Shown: piece after piece, positions 12,201 to 22,430 of the stretch
How positions within the stretch are numbered: the stretch's first letter is position 1
How the letters are laid out: each line of letters begins with the position of its first letter
DNA from: Squalus acanthias
Taxonomy: Eukaryota
Reading direction: 5' to 3'
DNA length: 64,000 nt
Assembly: GCA_030390025.1 (NCBI GenBank)
Contig: JASTWF010000361.1
Span: 186,001 to 250,000 of the forward strand
Program-made: the position numbers and the translations under genes
Notes under the pieces: generated by a model
Seen by the model: the letters and a program-made list of their open reading frames with translations, nothing else
Told to the model about the DNA's origin: nothing
Database searches by the model: none

Positions 12201-15200
12201 GAGTTGTGGACTAGTAATCCAGAGTCCTGGACGAGTAATCCAGAGGCCTGGACTGGTAATCCAGAGTCTGGGCTAGTAATCCAGAGGCCTGGACTAGTAA
12301 TCCAGAGGCTGGGCTAGTTATCCAGAGGCCTGGGCTAGTAATCCAGAGGCCTGGACTGGTAATCCAGAGGCTGGGCTAGTAATCCAGAGGCCTGGACTGG
12401 TAATCCAGAGGCTGGGCTAGTAATCCAGAGGCATGGACTGGTAATCCAGAGGCTGGGCTAGTAATCCAGAGTTCTGGACTAGTAATCCAGAGTCCTGGAC
12501 GAGTAATCCAGAGTCCTGGACTAGTAATCCAGAGGCCTGGACTAGTAATCCAGATGCTGGGCTAGTAATCCAGAGGCCTGGACTGGTAATCCAGAGTTGT
12601 GGACTAGTAATCCAGAGTCCTGGACGAGTAATCCAGAGGCCTGGACTGGTAATCCAGAGTCTGGGCTAGTAATCCAGAGGCCTGGACTAGTAATCCAGAG
12701 GCTGGGCTAGTTATCCAGAGGCCTGGGCTAGTAATCCAGAGGCCTGGACTGGTAATCCAGAGGCTGGGCTAGTAATCCAGAGGCCTGGACTGGTAATCCA
12801 GAGGCTGGGCTAGTAATCCAGAGGCATGGACTGGTAATCCAGAGGCTGGACTAGTAATCCAGAGGCCTGGACTGGTAATCCAGAGGCTGGGCTAGTAATC
12901 CAGAGGCTGGGCTCGTAATACAGAGGCTGGGCTAGTAATCCAGAAGTCTGAGCTAGTAATCCAGAGGCCTGGGCTAGTGATCTGGAGGCTGGGCTCATAA
13001 TCCACAGGCCTAGACTAGTAATCCAGATGCTGGGCTAGTAATCCAGAGGCTGGGCTAGTAATCCAGAGTTCTGGACTAGTAATCCAGAGTCCTGGACGAG
13101 TAATCCAGAGTCCTGGACTAGTAATCCAGAGGCCTGGACTAGTAATCCAGATGCTGGGCTAGTAATCCAGAGGCCTGGACTGGTAATCCAGAGTTGTGGA
13201 CTAGTAATCCAGAGTCCTGGACGAGTAATCCAGAGGCCTGGACTGGTAATCCAGAGTCTGGGCTAGTAATCCAGAGGCCTGGACTAGTAATCCAGAGGCT
13301 GGGCTAGTTATCCAGAGGCCTGGGCTAGTAATCCAGAGGCCTGGACTGGTAATCCAGAGGCTGGGCTAGTAATCCAGAGGCCTGGACTGGTAATCCAGAG
13401 GCTGGGCTAGTAATCCAGAGGCATGGACTGGTAATCCAGAGGCTGGACTAGTAATCCAGAGGCCTGGACTGGTAATCCAGAGGCTGGGCTAGTAATCCAG
13501 AGGCTGGGCTCGTAATACAGAGGCTGGGCTAGTAATCCAGAAGTCTGAGCTAGTAATCCAGAGGCCTGGGCTAGTGATCTGGAGGCTGGGCTCATAATCC
13601 ACAGGCCTAGACTAGTAATCCAGATGCTGGGCTAGTAATCCAGAGGCCTGGGCTAGTAAACCAGAAGCCTGGGCAGTAATCCAGAGCTCGCGGCTAGTAA
13701 TCCCGAAGGCTGGGCTAGTAATCCAGAGGCTGGACTAGTAATCCAGAGGCCTGGGCTAGTGATCTGGAGGCCTGGGCTAGTAAACCAGAGGCCTGGGCTA
13801 GTAATCCAGAGGCCTGGACTAGTAATTCAGAGGCCTGGGCTAGTAATCCAGAGGCCTGGGCTAGTAATCCAGATGCTGGACTCGTAATCCAGTGGCCTCG
13901 GCTAGTAATCCAGAGTTCTGGGCTAGTAATCCAGAGGCCTGGGCTAGTAATCCAGAGGCCAGTGCTAGTAGTACAATGGCATGGACTAGTAATCCAGAGG
14001 CCTGGGCTAGCAATCCAGAAGACAGGGTTGGTAATTCAGTGGCCTGGACTAGTAATCCAGAGTTCTGGGCTAGTAATCCAGAGGCCTGGGCTAGTAAGAC
14101 AATGGCCTGGTCTAGTAATCCTGAGCCTGGACTAGTAATCCAGAGGCCTGGTTTAGTAATCCAGAGGCCAGTATTAGTAATCCAGAGGCCTGGGCTTGTA
14201 ATCCAGAGGCCTGGGCTAGTAAACCAGAGGCCTGGACTAGCAATCCAGAGCCTGGACTAGTAATCCAGCGGCTTGGACTAGTAATCCAGAGGCTGGGCTA
14301 GTAATCCAGAGGCATGGCCTAGTAATCCAAAGGCCTGGCCTAGTAATCCAGAGGACTGGACGAGTATTCCAGAGGCCAGTGCTAGTAGTACAATGGCATG
14401 GACTAGTAATCCAGAGGCCTGGGCTAGCAATCCAGAAGACAGGGCTAGTAATTCAGTGGCCTGGACTAGTAATCCAGAGGTCTGGGCTAGTAATCCAGAG
14501 GCCTGGGCTAGTAAGACAATGGCCTGGTCTAGTAATCCACAGCCTGGACTAGTAATCCAGAGGCCTGGTTTAGCAATCCAGAGGCCAGTATTAGTAATCT
14601 AGTGGCCTGGGATTGTAATCCAGAGGCCTGGGCTAGTAAACCAGAGGCCTGGACTAGCAATCCAGAGCCTGGACTAGTAATCCAGAGGCTGGGCTAGTAA
14701 TCCAGAGGCTGGGCTAGTAATACAGAGGCTGGGCTAGTAATCCAGAGGCTGGACTAGTAATCCAGAGGCTGGGCTAGTAATACAGAGGCTGGGCTAGTAA
14801 TCCTGAGGCCTGGGCTAGTAATCCAGAGGCTGGGCTAGTAATACAGAGGCTGGGCTAGTAATCCAGAGGCTGGGCTAGTAATCCAGAGGCTGGGCTAGTA
14901 ATCCAGAGGCTGGGCTAGTAATCCAGAGGCTGGGCTAGTAATCCAGAGGCCTGGGCTAGTAAACCAGAGGCCTGGACAGTAATCCAGAGGCTGGGCTAGT
15001 AATCCAGAGGCTGGCCTAGTAATCCAGAGGCCTGGGCAAGTAATCCTGCGGGCTGGACTAGTAATCCAGAGGCTGGACTAGTAATCCATAGGCTGGAGTA
15101 GTAATCCAGAGGCTTGTCTAGTAATCCAGAGGTCTGGACTAGTAATCCAGAGGCCTGGGCTTGTAATCCAGAGGTCTTGGCTAGTAAACCAGAGGCCTTG

Positions 15201-18200
15201 GACTAGCAATCCAGAGCCTGGACTAGTAATCCAGCGGCTTGGACTAGTAATCCAGAGGCTGGGCTAGTAATCCAGAGGCATGGCCTAGTAATCCAGAGGC
15301 CTGGGCTAGTAATCCTGCGGCTGCGCTAGTAATACAGAGGCTGGACTATTAATCCAGGAGCCTGGGCGAGTAATCCAGATGCTGGACTGGTAATCCAGAG
15401 GCCTGGGCTAGTAATTCAGAGGCCTGGACTAGTAATCGAGAGGTTGGACTAGTAATCCAGAGGCCTGGGCTGGTAATCCAGAGGCCTGGGCTAGTAATCC
15501 AGATGCTGGACTCGTAATCCAGAAGTCGCGATTAGTAATCCAGAGTTCTGGGCTAGTAATCCAGAGGCCTGGGCTAGTAATCCAGAAGACAGGGCTAGTA
15601 ATTCAGAGGCCTGGACTAGTAATCCAGAGGTCTGGGCTAGTAATCCAGAGGCCTGGGCTAATAATCCAATGGCCTGGGCTGGTAATCCAGAGGCCTGGGC
15701 TAGTAATCCAGAGTCCTCGGCTAATAATCCAGAGGCCTGGACTAGTAATCCAGAGGCTGGGCTAGTAATCCAGAGGACTGGACTAGTAATCCAGAGGCTG
15801 GGCTAATAATCCAGAGACTGAGCTAGTAATCCAGAGATTGGGGCTAGTAATCCTGAGGCTGGGTTTATAATCCAAAGGCTGGGTTAGTAATCCCGTGTCC
15901 TGGGCTAGTAATCCAGAGGCGTGGGCTAGCAATCCAGAGGCTGGACTAGTAATTCAGAGGCCTGGTTTAGTAATCCAGAGGCCAGTATTCGTAATCCAGA
16001 GTTCTGGGCTAGTAATCCAGAGGCCTAGGCTAGTAATCCATAGGCCTGGACGAGTATTCCAACGGCCTGGACTAGTAATCCAGAGGCTTGGCTAGAAAAC
16101 CAGAGTCCTGGGCTAGTAATCCAGCGGCCTGGGCTAGTAATCCTGCGGCTGCGCTAGTAATACAGAGGCTGGACTATTAATCCAGGGGCCTGGGCTAGTA
16201 ATCCAGAGGCTGGGCTAGTAATCCAGAGGCCTGGGAAAGTAATCCAGAGTCCTGGACTAGTAATCCAGAGGCCTGGGCTAGTAATCCAGAGGCTGGGCTA
16301 GTAATCCAGAGGCTGGGCTAGTTATCCAGAGGCCCGGACTAGTAATCTAGACGCTGGACTAGTAATCCAGAGGCTGGGCTAGTTATCCAGAGGCCTTGGC
16401 TAGTAATCCAGAGGCCTGGGCTAGTAATCCTGACGCTGGGCTAGTAATCCAGAGTCCTGGACTAGTAATCCAGAGTCCTGGACTAGTAATCCAGAGTCCT
16501 GGAATAGTAATCCAGAGGCCTGGACTGGTAATCCAGAGGCTGGGCTAGTAATCCAGAGGCCTGGACTGGTAATCCAGAGGCTGGACTAGTAATCGAGAGG
16601 CCTGGACTGGTAATCCAGAGGCTGGGCTAGTAATCCAGAGGCTGGGCTCGTAATACAGAGGCTGGGCTAGTAATCCAGAAGTCTGAGCTAGTAATCCAGA
16701 GGCCTGGGCTAGTGATCTGGAGGCTGGGCTCATAATCCACAGGCCTAGACTAGTAATCCAGATGCTGGGCTAGTAATCCAGAGGCCTGGGCTAGTAAACC
16801 AGAAGCCTGGGCAGTAATCCAGAGCTCGCGGCTAGTAATCCCGAAGGCTGGACTAGTAATCCAGAGGCCTGGGCTAGCAATCCAGAAGACAGGGCTAGTA
16901 ATTCAGTGGCCTGGACTAGTAATCCAGATTTCTGGGCTAGTAATCCAGAGGCCTGGGCTAGTAAGACAATGGCCTGGTCTAGTAATTCAAAGCCTGGACT
17001 AGTAATCCAGAGGCCTGGTTTAGTAATCCAGAGGCCAGTATTAGTAATCCAGAGGCCTAGGCTTGTAATCCAGAGGCCTGGGCTAGTAAACCAGAGGCCT
17101 GGACTAGTAATCCAGCGGCTTGGACTAGTAATCCAGAGGCTGGGCTAGTAATCCAGAGGCATGGCCTAGTAATCCAAAGGCCTGGCCTAGTAATCCAGAG
17201 GACTGGACGAGTATTCCAGAGGCCAGTGCTAGTAGTACATTGGCATGGACTAGTAATCCAGAGGCCTGGACTAGTAATCCAGAGTCCTGGACTAGTAATC
17301 CAGTGGCCTGGGCAAGTAATCCAGAGGCTGGGCTAGTAATCCATTGCCTGGACTAGTAATGCAGAGGCCTGGGCTAGTAATCCAGAGGCCTGTGCTAGTA
17401 GTACAATGGCATGGACCAATAATCCAGAGGCCTGGGCTAGTAATCCAGAGGCCTGGGCTAGTAATCCAGAGGCTGGGCTAGTAATCCATTGCCTGGACTA
17501 GTAATGCAGAGGCCTGGGCTAGTAATCCAGAGGCCTGTGCTAGTAGTACAATGGCATGGACCAATAATCCAGAGGCCTGGGCTAGTAATCCAGAAGACAG
17601 GGCTAGTAATTCAGTGGACTGGACTAGTAATCCAGAGGTCTGGGCTAGTAATCCAGAGGCCTGGGCTAGTAAGACAATGGCCTGGGCGAGAAATCCAGAG
17701 GCCTGGGCTAGTAATCCAGAGTCCTCGGCTAGTAATCCAGAGGCCTGGACTAGTAATCCAGAGGCTGGGCTAGTAATCCAAAGGCCTGGACTAGTAATCC
17801 AGAGGCTGGGCTAATAATCCAGAGACTGAGCTAGTAATCCAGAGATTGGGGCTAGTAATCCTGAACTGGGTGGATAATCCAAAGGCTGGGTTAGTAATCC
17901 TGCGTCCTGGGCTAGTAATCCAGAGGCCTGGGCTAGTAATCCAGAGGCTGGACTAGTAATCCAGAGGCCTGGTTTAGTAATCCAGAGGCCAGTATTAGTA
18001 ATGCAGAGGCCTGGGCTTGTAATCCAGAGGCCTGGGCTAGTAAACCAGAGGCCTGGACTAGCAATCCAGAGCCTGGACTAGTAATCCAGCGGCTTGGAAT
18101 AGTAATCCAGAGGCTGGGCTAATAATCCAGAGGCATGGCCTAGTAATCCACAGGCCTGGCCTAGTAATCCAGAGGACTGGACGAGTATTCCAACGGCCTG

Positions 18201-20844
18201 GACTAGTAATCCAGAGGCTTGTCTAGAAAACCAGAGTTCTGGGCTAGTAATCCAGCGGCCTGGGCTAGTAATCCTGCGGCTGCGCTAGTAATACACAGGC
18301 TGGACTATTAATCCAGGAGCCTGGGCTCATAATCCAGATGCTGGAATGGTAATCCAGAGGCCGGGCCTAGTAATCCAGAGGCCTGGACTAGTAATCCAGT
18401 GGCCTCGGATAGTAATCCAATGGCCTGGACTAGTAATCCAGAGACTGGATTAGTAATCCATTGGCTGGGCTAGTAATCCGGAGGCTTTAGCTAGTAATCC
18501 AGAGGCCTGGGCTAGTAATCCAGAGGCCTTGACTAGTAATCCAGAGGCCTGGGCTAGTAATCCAGAGGCTGGGCTAGTAATCCATGGCCTGGACTAGTAA
18601 TGCAGAGGCCTGGGCTAGTACTCCAGAGGCCTGGGCTAGTAGTCCAGAGCCTGGGCTAGTAATCCAGAGGCCTGGACTAGTATACAGCAGCCTGGGCTAG
18701 TAATCCAGAGGTTGCATCTATTAATCCAGAAGCCTCGGCTAGTAATCCAGAGGCTGGGCTAGTAATCCAGAGGCTGGGCTAGTAATCCAGATGACTGGGC
18801 TAGTAATCTAGAGGCCTGGACTAGTAATCCAGAGGCCTGGACTAGTATACAGCGGCCTGGGCTAGTAATCCAGAGGCCTGGGAAAGTAATCCAGAGGCCT
18901 GGACTAGTATACAGCGGCCTGGACTAGTAATCCACAGGCCTGGGCTAGTAAACAAGAATATTGTTCTATTAATTCAGAATCCTGGGCTAGTAAAACAGAG
19001 ACTGCACTAGTAATCCAGTGGCTGGGCTAGTAATCCAGTGGCCTTGGCTAGTAATCCAGAGGCCTGGGCTAGTAATCCAGAGGCCTTGGCTAGTAATCCA
19101 GAGGCCTGGGCTAGTAATCCAGAGGCTGGGCTAGTAATCCATGGCCTGGACTAGTAATGCAGAGGCCTGGGCTAGTAGTCCAGAGGCCTGGGCTAGTAGT
19201 CCAGAGCCTGGGCTAGTAATCCAGAGGCCTGGACTAGTATACAGCGGCCTGGGCTAGTAATCCAATGGCCTGGGAACGTAATCCAGAGGCTGGACTAGTA
19301 ATCCAGAGGCCTGGTTTAGTAATCCAGAGGCATGGCCTAGTAATCCAGAGGCCTGGCCTAGTAATCCAGAGGACTGGACGAGTATTCCAGAGGCCAGTGC
19401 TAGTAGTACAATGGCATGGACTAGTAATCCAGAGGCCTGGGCTAGCAATCCAGAAGACAGGGCTAGTAATTCAGTGCCCTGGACTAGTAATCCAGAGGTC
19501 TGGGCTAGTAATCCAGAGGCCTGGGCTAGTAAGACAATGGCCTGGTCTAGTAATCCACAGCCTGGACTAGTAATCCAGAGGCCTGGTTTAGCAATCCAGA
19601 GGCCAGTATTAGTAATCTAGTGGCCTGGGATTGTAATCCAGAGGCCTGGGCTAGTAAACCAGAGGCCTGGACTAGCAATCCAGAGCCTGGACTAGTAATC
19701 CAGAGGCTGGGCTAGTAATCCAGAGGCTGGGCTAGTAATACAGAGGCTGGGCTAGTAACCCAGAGGCTGGACTAGTAATCCAGAGGCTGGGCTAGTAATA
19801 CAGAGGCTGGGCTAGTAATCCTGAGGCCTGGGCTAGTAATCCAGAGGCTGGGCTAGTAATACAGAGGCTGGGCTAGTAATCCAGAGGCTGGGCTAGTAAT
19901 CCAGAGGCTGGGCTAGTAATCCAGAGGCTGGGCTAGTAATACAGAGGCTGGGCTAGTAATCCAGAGGCCTGGGCTAGTAAACCAGAGGCCTGGACAGTAA
20001 TCCAGAGGCTGGGCTAGAAATCCAGAGGCTGGACTAGTAATCCAGAGGCCTGGGCAAGTAATCCTGCGGGCTGGACTAGTAATCCAGAGGCTGGACTAGT
20101 AATCCATAGGCTGGAGTAGTAATCCAGAGGCTTGTCTAGTAATCCAGAGGTCTGGACTAGTAATCCAGAGGCCTGGGCTTGTAATCCAGAGGCCTTGGCT
20201 AGTAAACCAGAGGCCTTGGACTAGCAATCCATAGCCTGGACTAGTAATCCAACGGCTTGGACTAGTAATCCAGAGGCTGGGCTAGTAATCCAGAGGCATG
20301 GCCTAGTAATCCAGAGGCCTGGCCTAGTAATCCAGAGGACTGGACGAGTATTCCAACGGCCTGGACTAGTAATCCAGAGGCTTGGCTAGAAACCCAGAGT
20401 TATGTGCTAGTAATCCAGCGGCCTGGGCTAGTAATCCTGCGGCTGCGCTAGTGATACAGAGGCTGGACTATTAATCCAGGAGCCTGGGCGAGTAATCCAG
20501 ATACTGGACTGGTAATCCAGAGGCCTGGGCTAGTAATTCAGAGGCCTGGACTAGTAATCGAGAGGCTGGACTAGTAATCCAGAGGCCTGGGCTGGTAATC
20601 CAGAGGCCTGGGCTAGTAATCCAGATGCCGGACTCGTAATCCAGAGGTCGCGATTAGTAATCCAGAGTTCTGGGCTAGTAATCCAGAGGCCTGGGCTAGT
20701 AATCCAGAAGACAGGGCTAGTAATTCAGAGGCCTGGACTAGTAATCCAGAGGTCTGGGCTAGTAATCCAGAGGCCTGGGCTAATAATCCAATGGCCTGGG
20801 CTGGTAATCCAGAGGCTGGGCTAGTAATCCCTGGCCTGGACTAG
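3292..20844 (+). repeat. 20/21-bp satellite array, left arm, with higher-order repeats
   Basis: Continuous head-to-tail CTGG(A/G)CTAGTAATCCAGAGG(C) monomers in one orientation. Confidence 0.98.
3310..10970 (+). repeat. ~1.93-kb higher-order repeat (about 94 monomers): two full and two partial near-identical copies
   Basis: Marker agagtacatggcaagtaatctaaagg at 4321, 6251, 8836 and 10745 (spacings 1930, 2585, 1909). Confidence 0.9.
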
Positions 20845-20845
20845 A

Positions 20846-22045
20846 CACGGAACAGCCATGGGGACCAAATTCGCACCCCAATACGCCAACATCTTCATGC
20901 ACAAGTTCGAGCAAGACTTCTTCGCTGCACAGGACCTCCAGCCAACGCTGTACACCAGATACATCGACGACATTTTCTTCCTTTGGACCCATGGCGAAGG
21001 ATCACTGAAAAGACTACACGATAACATAAACAAGTTCCATCCCACCATCAAACTCACCATGGACTACTCCTCAGAATCGGTCTCATTCCTGGACACACGA
21101 ATCTCCATCAAAGACGGACACCTCAGCACTTCACTCTACCGCAAGCCCACGGACAACCTCACGATGCTCCACTTCTCCAGCTTCCACCCTAACCATGTTA
21201 AAGAAGCCATCCCCTATGGACAAGCCCTGCGAATACACAGGATCTGCTCAGACGAGGAGGAACGCGATGGACACCTACGGACGCTGAAAAACGCCCTCGT
21301 AAGAACGGGATATGACGCTCGACTCATCGATCGACAGTTCCGACGGGCCACAGCGAAAAATCGCATAGACCTCCTCAGAAGGCAAACACGGGACACAACC
21401 AACAGGGTACCCTACGTCGTCCAGTACTTCCCCGGAGCGGAGAAACTACGACATGTTCTTCGCAGCCTTCAACATGTCATCGATGACGACAAACACCTCG
21501 CTAAGGCCATCCCCACGCCTCCACTACTTGCCTTCAAACAGCCGCCTAACCTCAGAAGTACCATCGTTCGCAGCAAATTACCCAGCTTTCAGGATAACAG
21601 CGACCACGACACCACACAACCCTGCCATGGCAAACTCTGCAAGACATGCCAGATCATCAACACAGATACCACCATCACACGTGAGGACACTACCCACCAG
21701 GTACATGGTACATACTCATGTGACTCGGCCAACGTTGTCTACCTCATACGTTGCAGGAAAGAATGCACCGCGGCATGGTACATCGGCGAGACCATGCAGA
21801 CACTGAGACAACGTATGAACGAGCACCGCGCAACAATCGCCAGGCAGGATTGTTACCTCCCAGTCGGGGAACACTTCAGCAGTCAAGGACATTCAGCCTC
21901 GGATCTGCGGGTAAGCGTTCTCCAAGGCAACCTTAGAAACACACGACAACGCAAAATCATCGAGCAGAAACTGATAGCCAAGTTCTGCACTCATGAAGAC
22001 GGTCTCAATCGGGATCTTGGGTTTATGTCACGATACATGACGTGA
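20846..22045 (+). pseudogene. C-terminal part of a Penelope-like polyprotein: RT motifs, thumb, Cys-rich linker and GIY-YIG endonuclease; frame intact but N-terminus missing
   Basis: The frame begins at the insertion edge as HGTAMGTKFAP (RT motif B-like). Catalytic YIDD at 20960-20971, CHGKLCKTC linker at 21623-21649, VVYLIRC...YIGET...LRQRMNEH...E...GLN nuclease motifs from 21734. The Met at 20858 is internal. Confidence 0.92.
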
Positions 22046-22381
22046 TCCGGACTCGAGTCGTCGTTAGCTTGTTCACAGATGTGATTCCCAGTAAAAAAGT
22101 AAAAATTTTCCCAGTAAAAAAGTAAATTTTTTTTTTTAAAGCTTTTCGTTTTACATACAGACGGCAGCTTTTGACACGTTAGAACCCCTGCGACTTCACC
22201 TCATTGTCTCAGTTGTATCTTGCTATGTCTTTTGATGTGGTACCTTCCTGGCTGACTTAATTAACTTTATCACACCTCGGCAGATAGTCAGGATGATTTA
22301 ATTTATTGGTCTGCAATTGTAAAGTACACATGCTTTTTTTTCCATCTATATATGCTCTGACGATTCTGTATCCAATTTACT

Positions 22382-22419
22382 TCACCTGAGGAAGGAGCGA
22401 TAGTTCCGAAAGCTTGTGA
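22382..22419 (+). ncRNA. Minimal type I hammerhead ribozyme motif in the PLE 3' region
   Basis: TCAC (stem I), CTGAGGA, A, GGAGC-GATA-GTTCC (stem II), GAAA, GC, TT, GTGA (stem I). Palindromic AAGCTT lies across the stem III region; predicted cleavage after 22415. Confidence 0.8.
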
Positions 22420-22424
22420 TTTCA

Positions 22425-22430
22425 AATAAA
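22425..22430 (+). promoter_or_regulatory. Putative polyadenylation signal AATAAA of the PLE
   Basis: AATAAA just after the hammerhead and 40 nt before the element 3' end. Confidence 0.55.

Noticed and set aside
15855..15900. Variant monomers resembling a tRNA T-arm (ctgggtttataatcc, gggttagtaatcccg)
   Set aside because: Explained by 1-3 substitutions from the monomer consensus; no GTTC motif.
20780..21936. Alternative-frame and antisense ORFs over the PLE (20780-20992, 20821-21060, 21214-21402, 21453-21806, 21751-21936)
   Set aside because: Shadow ORFs of the real RT/GIY-YIG frame, with no recognisable motifs.
20858..22045. A complete stand-alone 395-aa RT-nuclease gene or novel system
   Set aside because: The Met lies inside an RT motif (GTAMG) 13 nt from the truncation point, and the upstream RT motifs are missing. 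It is a truncated Penelope-like element.
22050..22059. 10-bp palindrome GACTCGAGTC after the PLE stop codon
   Set aside because: Single short instance with no supporting context; plausibly chance.
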